Below are positions 1-13,840 of a stretch of DNA of 64,000 bases, in pieces. The stretch spans positions 2,420,001 through 2,484,000 of the forward strand of contig NC_087246.1 in assembly GCF_037042905.1 (NCBI RefSeq), in the 5' to 3' direction. A program made the translations under genes and the position numbers. A model generated the notes under the pieces. The model had not been told where the DNA came from, did no database searches, and saw only the letters and a program-made list of their open reading frames with translations. Source of the stretch: Lytechinus pictus. Lineage: Eukaryota. The number at the start of each line of letters is the position of its first letter. The first letter of the stretch is position 1.

Positions 1-3000
1 ATTTGCTACAAGGTATCTCAACTTTACCCTAATTCCAATTAGTTTTAAATATGTTAGCATCATTTTTGGATTACATTGGCTATGAAATATACAGCTACTT
101 GATACCAAGTGATATTTAGAATGTAAATTCAATAAAGCCTTTATAAGACATTTTCCTGTCATTCCTTTCCCCCCCGCGGACGAGGTCCGAATTGAGCATT
201 AAGCGTTGCCCCTGTCCGTTCTTTCCGTCCGTCCCCCCACTTGGTTCTGCGCAATAACTCGAAAAATATTTAATGGATTAAAAAAAATTTTGGTGTGTAG
301 GTAGATGACACCAAAATACATGCTTAGTTTGAATTTGGAGTCCGCAGGTCAAAGGTCACAGCTCATTAGAAATGCAAGTTGATTTCTGCATGATAACTTA
401 TGAAATATTCAATAGATTTTTAAAAAATTGGGTGTGTAGGTACATGTAGATGACACCAAAATACAGGATAAGTTTGAATTCGGAGTCCGCAGGTCAAAGG
501 TCACAGCTCATTATATAAGCGAGTTGGTTTCCGCATGATAACTTAGGAAATATTCACCAGATATTAAAAATGTTTGGTGTGTAGGTAGATTACACCAAAA
601 TACAGGCTAAATTTGAAATCGGAGTCCACAGGACAAAGATCAAAGCTCACAGCTCATTATATATTGTTTCCGCATGATAACTTTGAATATATTCACAAGA
701 TATTAAAAATGTTTGGTGTCTGGGTAGATGACACCAAAATACAGGCTAAGTTTGAAATCGGAGCCAAGGGTCACAGCTCATATCTCATGGTGCAAGTAGC
801 TATATTGAAAAAATTGATGAGACAGCAAGACCACATTTCCATATGACACAATGAAGTGAGGGATTAACCACATCAAATGACCTGACTGTCATATCTTCTT
901 TAGAGATTATTATGGAAAGGGTGAGTCTTTAGGTCAAAGGTCTACATTTGTTCATTATATATATGCATATTGGTTTCTGCACGATATTGAGTTCAATCAT
1001 ATTGAATGAATTTCTGATCGCGTTAAGTGGGGGCATCTGTGTCCTTTGGACACATCAAATTTCTAGTTGATCGTCTGTAAAGGGAGTGTAGGGTTGGGAA
1101 TTTTTAAAACGGTAGGCCTATAAATCTCCCAAGCACAATCGCTTCATACATAGTCTATGTGCATAACATTCAACAAGCAAAAGTATACACAGACCTGTCA
1201 GACCTGATGCATGCATGTTAAAAATTCTCTTTCTTGACTGTTAAAATTAGAAGTTCTTAATATAAAATCCAACTTTTGTAATAAAATGAAAAAAAAAAAA
1301 CCCCAGAAAAGCGAAAGAAATTGAAAAAAAGGAATAGGTAGTAAATGTTTACAAAGTGAAATCACAACATTAGGCTTATGACAAGTGGTAGGAACCACTT
1401 CCCAATGTATGTATAACATAGAAATTATCAGGAATTTGCGCTTTTCTTCTGTAGGCACCTTTTCCAATGGGATGGTATCACATTGATAGCACACTGAATG
1501 AAGGAGGGAAATCTGAGGAAAGTTTTGGAAATAAAGGATGGCATTGTAGCCATTTTGTTTTTACGACTAAGGCAAATATTAGTGAGCTCTTACACTACAC
1601 CACAATTTTAAATCCCATGATATAGTGACGTTAGTAACTTGCAAAAAGTTGTAATTATTTGTCAGATTTTTATCAAATTTTTGCCTCCCTGTTCTGATTT
1701 TTCTTTTCAAAGAAATTTCCATTTTGATTAGAATCCCCCTTTTAAATGTCAATTCCTGCAATTTACATATGAATAGGCCATCCAGTATACATTTCTAGCC
1801 TTACTGCAACATTACTCATCTGTTCTGTGATGCTTTGATCTGTAATCTTTTTCACAGAAATGCTGACCTGATAATTGAAGTTGCCCATCCATGTATATCT
1901 GAAAAATATGGAGCAGATTTCGTAGCAAGTGCAGATTATTTTGTAAGTGATTATTTTGCAAGTCATAGTAAAAAATAATGATGGTTGTGTAATGGAAATC
2001 CCTTGAAAATTTGCATTCAATGTTTGTCACATAGATTACCATCTGTGTGCTAATTTTCTTTTTAAATATTGTTGTCAGATTCTTTTTGATAAGTGTAGTA
2101 CAGGAACATGTCTCTATTTGAGTTTAGATTAAGAATTAATGTGGAATGGTTTGGGGTTTACTTTTTCATAGCATTAATTGTATTAAACTATTGGAAACTG
2201 GCTATTATAATATGCCTGTGGAGTTTAATAGTCTCCAGTGCTTTGAGTTCCCAGTTTACTGCATTACGAAAAATAGAGGGGGGGGGGGGGGATTTCAGGA
2301 AGGGCACAGTATTTGTAGAATTTCATGGGAAACATAATTTTTCATTCCCTAATATTTGAATTATGAAAAATACAGTGAAATTGCAAAATACAAATTATGA
2401 ATATCAAAGAGTGTTTGCCAAGCTCTATCTGCATGAAAACTTACTCTTAAAGATTTGTTTTTTCGTAAATTCACAAAATTGCTCTTTGTAAAAGTCTCCA
2501 GAGATTATGAATGTAATGCTTAGAGCAACAAAGAATACAGAATTGGCATTTTAGAAAACTGCAACTGGGGTGTTTACTTACTGCCAAGCAGGTACATGCT
2601 ACTATCTTTGTGCAGTACCCAATACGATTAAATACTTGTTGCAACATTTTGTTACAAAAAATCCACTCATTTTCAGTTCAAGTAAGGCAAGAATGTATTA
2701 TGCACCCCTTATTAGGCACCAAAACATTACTTAGTGCTGCTTCTTTTAGTGGCACTCCTGTTATAAAGTGGATCTCATGCATTTATTATTGGGTTTTTTT
2801 GCGAGGACTAATGATGAAAACATGCTTGTGGGATATTTGTGTACTAAACGTGTGGCTCTGACTTTTGTTGAGGTGTCAAAAAAAAGAAGCAACTGTAACA
2901 TTGTACTTTTAATTATTGTATAGCTTTTGGAATCACATAATTTTTTGTATTTTCTTTGTATTAGGTTGGTTCACCCACAGCCCTTGCAGATCTGCATGTT

Positions 3001-6000
3001 GAGAAGAAACTTCGTAATGGTGCCATTAAAAATGGCCTCTACATTCCAAGTGGTGCATTATGGGGAGGGCATGACATCCAAAAGATGGCTGACAGAGGAA
3101 CCTTGCAGGTAGATGTCTGTTCATAGAATTGGACCTAAATGAGTGACATATCAAAACCAAGTTTTACATATCTCATTTCAAGCAGATTGTTGTCTTGATC
3201 AATATGTCGCCATTCTCAAGAAAATGGAGAGAAAATGTGACAGTGCTGGCCAAAAAAAGGGGGGAGGGGGCATGGCCTAAAAGTCCTGAACTGATTTGGA
3301 AAAAGCCTGAATTTTCTTACTTAAATACCTATTTGGCTGATTCTCGTGTCTATTATGTTAACTAGCCTGATAAATTCATTTTCATTGTCAAAAATGATCA
3401 AAATATTCTTTAAAAAATTGAATTGAGGTAAGTTTGGTTTGAACCCTCTAAAGGCTAAGATGCCATCATGTCCCCTACCTAAAAACAAATTCACGATTGA
3501 ATTGAAAGCACTGCATGTCAAGCCAGGCCACTGAATGATTAAAATTGCTATCTTAGCCCATATGTGCACGTATATGAGGTCATACAGTGCGTCCCACAAA
3601 AAACGAAACCGAGATTTATGGATGATTTATCATAACTTAATCACAAATACAATAGACAAGTGACCTACCATTGTAATACTTAGAATCTCCTCTTTCATCT
3701 GAAATTACTTAAATTATTTCTCATTCACGCATGAGTGAGCAAAAACAATTTGAAGAGGGGATACCAAAAAGTCACTTGGCGGGCTGTATCTGGGTTTAAA
3801 AAAGAAAACCACATTTTTAAAAAGTACAGTATCTCCTCTTTAATTTGATACCTCAATTACAAAAAATGGTCAAGAAATAACAAAGTTCTGGTTATTTGAA
3901 ATAAAGCATTAATTTTAGTAATTTCATAAAATGAAGAGGTTTTACAGGCTAGCGTTCCGAGTCACTCGACACTCCGTTTTGTTGACGATCAGCCATGCGT
4001 TAAGTCTTTTGTTAACCGTGCAATAGCTTCTGTGGGAAACCATTGAAAACACGTTTATTTAATGAAATTATGGAAATACAAGCATTGTTTCGAGGGAATT
4101 ATAAGTGAATCTGTGATAAAGGTATCAAATAAAAGAGCAGATATTGAACTTTTTAGGCATGTGATTTTCCTTTCGAAATTCAGATACCCCCCGCCAAATG
4201 AGGTTTTGGTATCCTTTCTTCAAATTGTTTTTGCTCACTAATGCGTGAATGAGAAATAATCTAAGTAATTTCAGATGAAAGAGGAGATTCTAAGCTTTAC
4301 AATGGTAGGTCACTTGTCTATTGTATTTGTGATTAAGTTATGATGAATCATTGATAAATCTCAGTTTCGTTTTTTGTGGGATGCACTGTATAATACTGTT
4401 ATGGTACGACCAAATTCCATTTGATTTTGATGCGCAAAACAGAATTCAGGAAGTGGCCAGTAATGAAATGCAGTGGGTTCAATACCACTTCAAAATTTGA
4501 TGAGGGGGGGGGGCATGATGATGGCCTCTTCTCCTTTAAAGGGTTTCAAACAAAAATGACCTTCCTTCAATTCTTTTTACATTATTTTAAACATTTTTGA
4601 CAATGCCAATGGATCTATCAGGCTAATAAATATACCAATAGACACCTCTGAATCAGCCCAATACACCTTAAAATAAGAAAATTTGAACTTTTCCCATTCT
4701 CAACAAGCAATGACTCACCACTTTTTAAGCCACTCTCCCTCATTGTTTTTTTGCCCACACTGCTCCATTTTCACCTGATTTTCTTTAAAGGTGTCACATC
4801 AATCAGGACCACAAGCTGCTTCTTTACTCCTCTTATAGCCCTTCTCTACTGTTAAGCAGGAATGTTATTTTGCTGAGACCATCAGAACAGGAATCAAACA
4901 TGAAGATGATGTATACATAAATTTATTTATTTATTCAAAACGGTTTATTACAACAAGGGTGTAATAATAGCGGCTGGAAAGCCGAATTGCATAACCCTTT
5001 CCATACATTTACCTAAAAATACATTCAATACAAATAAAACTGCTCAATTTACACAAATTCTACATCATAAGAAACATTAAAACACAGGAAGGATGTTTAT
5101 TATGTTGGGGACGTATGTTTAAATTATGACATACATCCCCATAAACCAAAATTGAAAATACATGCGGCCAAAGTAAAAACAATAAAATAATGCAAAAAGA
5201 CCCTAGCTCTCAGAATGAATCTGTTACTGTGTTTACTGATTTATTTTCTTTCATGATTGGCTTCTAATTTATAACATATACTGTTATCTTAATTTCCAAA
5301 TTCAGATACATCTGCTCCATGTATAATGCCATTATGAGAGCTTTGATGTAAATTATGATTTTTTTAGGGGGGTGGGATGGGGAATGGGCTGTTGAAAAGA
5401 TCATATGTTCATTATTCAGAATTTGTTGTTTAGTGTAGGTGTAAGGCAATTCTTTCTTGAATCTAATTGAATGGTATTTTTTTTACATCTTCATTAACAA
5501 CAGAAATATACACAGCACAACTAACAACACTCCGTGAAAAAAAAATACCATGAACCTTACACAATAAATCAAACTGAGACCACATATTAAATGTTCATCA
5601 CATGAACAACATTGGAAATACACAGTTCTGCTAGACTATGACAAACAGGAAATAAGATGATGACATTTCTTCTGTTTTGTTGTCTGTGCATAAGAACAGT
5701 TTCATAGATAGATGGCAAATAATAAATGCTGTGCTTTTTATTATTATCAGGGGCTGAAAATCACGATGACGAAGCATCCTGATGCATTCCGTTTGGAAAG
5801 TCCACTAAAGGAAGTCAATGAATCAGTTCAAGAACCAACTGTGTTATATGATGGTGAGTGGAATAATCATTGTAGATGATGGCTTCTTGTTTAAGTTCAT
5901 AATTTGTATTGAAGTCTAGAATCTTATAGTCCAAGGTGCCAATACATAGATTTTTAAAATGAGATATAATTTGTAATTGATTGGCAATAACCCTTTCGTC

Positions 6001-9000
6001 GTCTGTCCACAATTTCAAAATGCATTTTCTTCGTCATTTCAAGTCCAATTTCAATTCTGTTTGCTTTATATGATAGCACTAGGTGGGGGATTCAAAACTT
6101 CTACAACGAATTTTAATTTATACACATTTTTTAAAATTCACAAAAATGCTTCTCCTTTATTTGTTGAACGATTTTGATTTTTTGCTTCCTTCTGGTAGAG
6201 CTTCATGAGGTTCACCAAACTTTTACACAGAATTGTGAATTTTTTTTGTAGAAAATTATTTATGCTAATTTATGCAAAATTTATTCATAAATCACAGAAT
6301 ATGCCTCTTTAATTGTTGACCGATTTTGATTTTTTTTTCTTCCATCTGGTAGAGCTGCATGAGGTTCACCAAACTTGTACACATAATTTTGAAATTTTGT
6401 TTGAAAATTATTTATGCAAATTTATGTAAAATTTATTCATAATCACAAAAAATGTTTCTTCTGTAATTTGTTGATCAATTTTGATTTTTTTTTCATCCAT
6501 CTGGTAGAGCTACATGAGGGTCACCAAACTTCCACACAGAATTTTGACATTTTGACTAGAAAATTATTTATGCTAATTTTTGCAAAATTTATTCATAAAT
6601 CACAAAAAATTATTTTTCTCCTTCATTTGTTTATTCAATTTCAATTTTGTTTGCTTTATATGATAGCTCTAGGTGGGGATACAAAATTTCTACACAGAAT
6701 TTTGAAACCCATTAAATATGCTAATTTATGCGCATTTTTAAAAATTCACACAAAATTATTCTCCTTCTTTATTTGTTGACCGATTTGATTTTTTTGCTTT
6801 CATCTGGAAGAGCTTCATGAGGTTCACAAAACTTCTACACAGAATTGTGAAATTTTGACCAGAAAATTATGCTAATTTATACGAAATTTATTCATAAATC
6901 ACAAAAAATGCTTCTCTGTAATTTCTTCATCAATTTCAATTCTGTTTCCTCAATTTATATCACCAATTTAATTTACTACAGTGTTTACTGGGCTGAAATT
7001 AAATATTGTGTTAGATTTCGTTGCAAGATGCTGGATGAGCTGCACATCATTGATGTGCTATTTTTATTTTATTTTTTTATTTACTCATACCCCAGCAGTA
7101 TAAAGAAGAATTACTCTTTCAGGTAATTTGATTATCTAATTATAACTTTTTTGAGAACCAAATTTTCATTTTGGATATTTACTATTTCCAAGCAACTTAT
7201 TGTTGGCTTTGGGGTGGCTGGTCACATGTTTTGTAATTAAAGGGAAAGAAGGGGGAGGTAAGGTAAAGGGGAAATATGAATATATGATGTATGAGCTCTC
7301 TTTGTATTTTTCAATATAAACATATTTGTTTTATTGATCAGGTCCTGTGAAAGACCTCTGTCCTCTTGCTCCTAACAATGTCAACACAATGGCTGCTGCA
7401 TGTATGATGGCACATAACCTTGGTTTTGAGAAGGTCCAAGGATGTATCACTTCAGATCCCAAGTAAGATATGACTGCTAGAGGAGATGGTTGAAACCATG
7501 GTTCCTGAATGCATCAAAATGGTCATATTCGCATAACTGAGGGGACCATATTTTCACCAAGCCTCTAACAGCTGTATATTTGGTTTATATCTGTCAGCAA
7601 TATTAACTACAACAGATAGGAAATACATTTGAATGAATAACGATAAGGAATCCCAGGCTTTGAGCAAGATGAAAATGTCATAAATTATCAACAAATTTGA
7701 TAAAAGTTATTGGTCACCTCATGCACATGCACTTTCATGAACAACAAGCTCTATGTCATGTGTATGATTGTATTCCCAATCCACCTTTCACAGCTCATCA
7801 GGTACTATTCTGGGCTTGCTGAATGAAATTATGTCATGGTTAGGTCTCAAATCCATGGCCCTCTGTTTCACAGTCCGGAGACTAATCTGCTGGACCACAA
7901 TGCTCAGTAATCATTTGGACTTATCTCACAAAAACTTTTTAAATGGCAATCTATGATTTAATTGAAGATTGAAAAATTTGTCATAGATTTATAGCATTCA
8001 TATCATAAACATGCAACATGAATTAGGATCGATTTACCTTTGAAAATGTATTATAGTCATTTAAAGTATTTGTTAGACTATTGTTTCTGCTTAATTTCCA
8101 GTGCCCGTGACTATCATCTGATTCAGATTGATGTTATTGGACCTGGGGATGTGAGTGCTGGGAAAGCCTTCACAGTCTCTACGACAAGAAAAAGCCCAGC
8201 AACATACAAGGCCGTCACCAGTAATGCGACTTATGTTTCTTTCTTCAGTAGTGTATTAAGTGAGTATTTTCATCTAATGCTTGATATATACAAAAGTAAT
8301 TTTCAACAAAGGAAGCATAAAATTAAATTTTGACATTTATAAATTTGATGCTTGGTGGCCATTACTTAGTGTTTATGACTGGTACTCTTCAAATATATAG
8401 GACCGAATCCACAAAGGTTGTTTTTAAAACCATCTGTTGAACCCATGGTTTATGCAGATTTCCTGTATAAATTATGCTTATTTACCACATATAGTAAAAT
8501 GTCCCATGCTGATGCACGCTTTAGTCACAGTGTGCCAAATTGACGCCTGTTGCCATGGTTACACTTTTTATTTACGAGTCCACTGTTTTGAATTAATGAG
8601 TCCACTCGTGAATGAAATAGTGTACTTAACCATGACAACAGGCGTCAATTTGGCGCACTGTGACAAAAGCACGCATCAGCCTTGGAAATTTTTTGATATA
8701 CGTGGTAAATAAGCGTAATTTATACAGGAAATCTGAAGGTGACATCATTATTTTGATAGAACAATAGGGGCATTATAGAGTTACACAGAACTGGGGAGCA
8801 TTTCGTCAACCTTTTGTCTGATAAGTTGTTTGATCCGACATCTTTTCTTAAGTTTGATTGGCTGAGAAGCACTTTTTCTATGGATAAAAAAATGTCTGAC
8901 AAGTCCATTGATGAAAATGCTCCCCATATTTCTTGTTTGATACTCTTCTTCCATCTTCCTTCCCATTTCTCCTTTCTTTTTTTTAACTACTTGATAAATC

Positions 9001-9504
9001 AAGGAGGGAGGGATGGGGGGGGGGGGAAGTTTGTGATTACAGAGCTCATGGCTTCCTGATGCTGTATAGGCCAGAGTTATTGTAGTTTGCTAGGTAAGCT
9101 GGCATTAAGAAAAAAAGTGCAAAGAAACTGGCTGGCAAATTGAATCATGGAAAGTTGGTAGTAAAACTGCGAAAACAATACATGCACATCTCAAAATCCT
9201 TTCGGTTTCCCATATCAGGCCCCCAAAACAATGTTCAAGGAGTGGTGGCTAAATAAGCAAAGATAATTCTAGAGTAATGCATGTTTTCATATGTAGCACA
9301 GAGTGGAGATGAATTATTTCACTGTGGTCCTGCATAGAGTGAGTGGGTCAGATATACATGGAATTGCTCTGGCCTGACCTTATTTGCATGAGAGCTTTGC
9401 TTATTTCCACATTGATCAATCTCAATTGCTTATCCCATTTTTTCTCAATCTCCTTTTTTTCTTTAGGGGCAAGAGGACAAGGGGCTGGTGTTCATCTCTG
9501 TTAA
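1..9504 (+). CDS. ASPDH: Aspartate dehydrogenase domain-containing protein (5'-partial, spliced)
   Basis: Exons with GT-AG sites and consistent phases: <1..12 (FATR, tentative), 1858..1942 (NADLIIEVAHPCISEKYGADFVASADYF), 2965..3108 (VGSPTALAD...IPSGALWGGHDIQKMADRGTLQ), 5751..5853 (GLKITMTKHPDAFRLE...TVLYD), 7342..7462 (GPVKDLCPLAPNNVNTMAAA...LGFEKVQG), 8102..8259 (DYHLIQIDVIGPG...AVTSNATYVSFFSSVL), 9467..9504 (RARGQGAGVHLC-stop). These motifs match vertebrate ASPDH as recalled (EVAHP, VGSPSAL, GALWG, HPDGFRL, GPVRGLCPFAP, C-terminal GIHLC). Confidence 0.93.
167..1068 (+). mobile_element. Helentron-associated / pearl-Tsp-like non-autonomous element with internal ~130-140 bp tandem repeats
   Basis: 5' CCCCCGC, (TCCG)n microsatellite, about 4 copies of GTAGATGACACCAAAATACAGG..GGTCAAAGGTCACAGCTCATTA, then 3' GTGGGGG, hairpin TGTGTCC-TTT-GGACACA and TTCTAGTT. 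Confidence 0.65.
3585..4388. mobile_element. Tc1/mariner-type MITE (CAGTGCGTCCCA termini, TA TSD), nested in an older foldback element
   Basis: Long TIRs CAGTGCGTCCCACAAAAAACGAAACCGAGATTT.. / ..AAATCTCAGTTTCGTTTTTTGTGGGATGCACTG flanked by TA. The flanks at ~3300-3500 and ~4500-4700 are degenerate inverted copies of each other. Confidence 0.85.
5998..6960. repeat. Degenerate ~150-bp tandem repeat in an ASPDH intron
   Basis: Repeated CATCTGGTAGAGCTTCATGAGGTTCACCAAACTT..ACACAGAATT..TATGCTAATTTATGCAAAATTTATTCATAAATCACA, about 5-6 units. Confidence 0.8.
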
Positions 9505-11068
9505 GGTGTGATTTCTTTCAGCATTTCAATCCTGCCTACCAACCAACATTCCAATCTTCTGTGGGAATGACAATCTTTGACTGCACATTGAACGATGTGA
9601 CAATAAATGACTTTACCCAACTTGTTTGTTACATCGCCAGTGAATGATATCTCACACCATCATATGATATGTCACCCCTTGAGACTTTAATGTGGAAATG
9701 GAAAGGCAAGTAATTTATTGCTAGCCCCACTTTAATACTGCAGTACCCTTCTAAGTAAAATGTTTATGGGGCCAATATTTGGCTAATCAGTTCTTTGGTC
9801 TAGTCACAGTGTGTTGCATGAAATCCCTTTTTTAGAATATCGTTTAAAATCTTGTCTTGTATCTTTGCACCGGAGATGGTGGTTTTGGATTATGCCTTCA
9901 TTAATCATGTATGAATAGGCGTAAACAAAATCTTGCTATGGATACTTCCTGAAAAGAAAAGGGAAGTAGTAAATATTTCCCTCTTAAATTCTTGATCAGA
10001 TGTGTCCAGAAATCCCCTTCAATTTAGATGAAGACCCAAATTAAATTTTCAGTGAAGCAAAATGACCGCAAATCTGCGATTATAACAACATTTTTAACTG
10101 TAGCCTGCCAAGTTTCTTTTTAGCCCTTCCTCTAGTCCCGCCATAATGTAGGTCATGTCTTTAGATCATAGACGGATTACACCGACCATTACTCAAAGTG
10201 TCCTAAAATAGAGGTTTCAGTACAAATGAGCAGTGTTTTGTCATGCAATGAGTAAGATTAGATGTGTCACATTTGAGGATGTGAATTGATTATGTATGCA
10301 GAATGGGGAAAAATAAATTTTCATTGTTGGTATGAATATGTGCAGAAACCTCTTCATGTTAATCTAAGAATACTGGAGTGTAGCATAGATTTAATCTTCA
10401 ATGTTATGCACCATAAGTGTATTTTATATTATGAGCTGCAGAAGTCTATTATTTGAAATCAGTATTATCACATATGATGGAGAATGTTGTCTTATTTTTG
10501 TAACTGTTGTAAATAATAGTAAAAAAAAAAAAAAATGTACATTGCCAATAGTATAGTTCTGTGTGTATCATGATTCTTTTTTAAATTCGAGAATTCCTTT
10601 CTCAGCAAATTGATACAAATTGTTTTACAACACACATGTATCCAGAATTTCAATGGACCTACAGCTCGGTAAGTTATTCAATGATTCAAGCCATTTACAT
10701 TATATACATTCACAACCTTGCATCTTTTCATTAGAAAAAAAATATTCACATTTCATTTCTTTAATTCTTCAATTCTTTATTTTCTCAAATCTCTACCAAC
10801 ATATTTTCTGTTAGACATTAGAGGATAAGTAAAAAGAAAATAGAATCAATTTAAAATACAATGTATATACATTCATTCTTTGTAGGAAACTTAAACAAGT
10901 AAATGATACAACTTTGTTCTCATTGCAAACGTAATGAAATAGAAAAGTGTATTTACTACTGCTTCTGCCAAAGTACTTTATAAGATGTAGATAATTTTGT
11001 AAGCAATACTCTTCATATAAAGTAATCATATTTCAATTCATTTAGATTAAATCAGATATATATATATA

Positions 11069-12883
11069 CAGTGCGTCCCAAAAAAAACTATACACTTTTG
11101 AAATGGCTGCCAAATAAAAAATATAGCACTTTGGGGGAAATAACTCATAGATATGGAAAGCCAATAACGTCAACTTTCAAGTGACACCAAAAAGTTGGAA
11201 AACTATTTATGCTTGAGCGAGCACTGCCCACTGAAACAAAGGGTATGAAAATTAGGGTGGGCCGGAATTAGCCTTCCAATTTCTTTCAGGTTTTTTGTTT
11301 GGTACTTGCAAAGTTGAGGGTTATTTGGTGAATTAAAGATCAGTTGTGATCAGTTTGTTGTTTTTGAAAATTTAATGCGTTACTAAATTGAATTTATTAC
11401 ATTGAAATTTAATGCATGGGTGATCGTGAATTGCAATTTTTAGTGCAGCATTTTGTCTTTATCATGTGGATCTAAACAGTGTGTTTATGAAAGTCAGGAG
11501 AAGAGGGGGTAATATGACTTAGGTGGGTGAAGTACGTTGATGGGATAAAGGTCAACATAACATTTAGCAACCCCTCCCTCAATCTCAACCCCCGCCCCCC
11601 CCGCTTCTCTCCTCCTCGGAAACTAAGCTCGGCTAGGCTGGGCAGGAATTAGCCTTACAGTTTGTTTGAGTGGTTAGTCCTTGCGAACTTGCTAAGCTAA
11701 ATTAATGAGTGAGATAAGTTTTGGTTTCTTAGGCAAATTTCATGAGTTACTAAATTGAAATTTAATGCATGAGTGAACAGGAATTGAAATTTTAGTGTAG
11801 CATATTCATCTATTCATCTTGTGGACCTCAGAAGTGTGTTCGTGAGAGTCAGAGTAATGTGATGGTACCTGTTACAAGCAAGAGGGCGAGATATGCTAAG
11901 ACTTGGTTAAAAGGGCATTCCTCTTCTTTTTGTCCTTTTACAAATTAAAAGTCATAATTATGTACCCTCCCCTCTCCACCTCCATTTCCCAGCCCCCCCT
12001 CTCTGTCTCACTTCCTGGATTGTAGCCTATTCAAAACTAAGCTGCCAAGTGATAGATGGCTGATGGTCACTTTTTTATTGAATTATTACCAAGAAATTTA
12101 ATGATTATGATGATTAATGAAATAATTTATTGAAAAAAAACTGAATGTTTGATTGATCACATTGCACATTGAATGAGTTGATTTACTGATAAATTGTTGA
12201 TGAAATGATTGAAAGGAAAAAGTTGATGCCCCAATTCAGAATTAATCATTAAATCAACATTCCGCTCTGGACTTCACGCGTACATGACAATAGCCATCAG
12301 TCTCTCAACAGGAGGGGAGGGCGGGAAAGAGAGAGGGGGCGGGGGCTGAATGTTCTGTTGACACTTATTCCATCAACCTACTTCTCCCACTTAAGTCCTA
12401 TCTCATCCCCTATTCTCCCGACTCCCATCATGAACACACTGCTGAGATCCACATGATAAAGTTGAAATGCTGCCCAAAAAGAGATCCAAATGATAAAGTT
12501 GAAATGCTGACCCCAAAGTGTAATTTGTGTTCACTCATGCATTAAAGTTCAATTTAATAATTTATAAAATTTGCATAAGCAACCAAAACTGGTCACGGTT
12601 GATCATTAATTTATCACAACGCCCTTAACTTTGCAAGTTCGAAAGGATTTGCCTCTTAAAAACTGACATAAATTGGAAGGCTAATTCCAGCCCACCCTAA
12701 TTTTCATACCCTTTGTTTCAGTGGGCAGTGCTCGCTCAAGCATGAAAAGTTTTCCAAGTTTTTGGTGTCAATTGAAAGTTGACTTTATTGGCTTTCCATA
12801 TATGTAAGTCTTTTTCCCCAAAATGTTATATTTTTTATTTGGCAGCCATTTCAAAAGTGTATAGTTTTTTTTGGGACGCACTG
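11069..12883. mobile_element. 1.8-kb non-autonomous Tc1/mariner-type element with >200-bp TIRs, inserted in (TA)n
   Basis: CAGTGCGTCCCAAAAAAAACTATACACTTTTGAAATGGCTGCC.. and its reverse complement at the right end. TA repeats on both sides; no transposase ORF. Confidence 0.88.
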
Positions 12884-13840
12884 TATATATATATATATAT
12901 GCATACATCCTACGTAAGGGCGAAGTCTATGAATGGGTTTATTCCGTTATAATACGCATTTAGACGTTAAGTCGAAGGTAGAGGGTGTTAAGGCGCATTG
13001 CGAATATTGAAAGACAAAAAAAAATTCGCCTTAACTGCAGATGTAGAAAGAAATATATTTACATAATTAATCTCCTAGCTAGTTGGCTGCTATAATTTTT
13101 TCTTGATTTCCAATTATATATAAAAATGACATGACAACCTGTAAGTGGAATGGCAATACATGTAAATTACACTTCTACTAATTTACACATTTTAAAAATA
13201 AAAGTATGCAACAGTATTAAATTAAAAATCATTTAATTGGCATAGAGAGAAAGGGATATAATGAAAATGGCTATCTAACTGAATTCCAGATAGTATCAGA
13301 GTAAATATTAATTTCCATGAATTAGAAGATCACTAGTATGTGTGAATGCAGTATTCAACAAACACTTCATTCGTGTTTGGCAATAACTACCTTATGGCAT
13401 TGATGAAATAATGATAAAAGATAAATATATTGGTAGCAATAATAATGATAATCGTAATAATAATAAAATTAATAAAGTTTTGCTTAATTTCACAAAACAA
13501 TTATATGCACATCCTGGTCGGTATGAAAATGAGGAGACTGGTGACTAAACAATTTAGAAATTACTCATTATGACGCCACAATACATGACAATGGAAAATA
13601 AGATTATTATGATTTCTATATTGATAATAATGATAGTAGTAATATAAGCTTGCTTAGAAGATATTTCTTTTAGATAAGGATCAACCTCAGATCTTTAGAT
13701 CTGGAGCAATCAACTTTGACTGCATATGTACAGTATAGTATTAGACAAGACAGATCTTGTGTATATTCTCACAATGGAAATAAAATTGATACAAATTAAA
13801 TTGTATTTTAATGAATGAAAAGGTGCTATATTCGTTGTCT

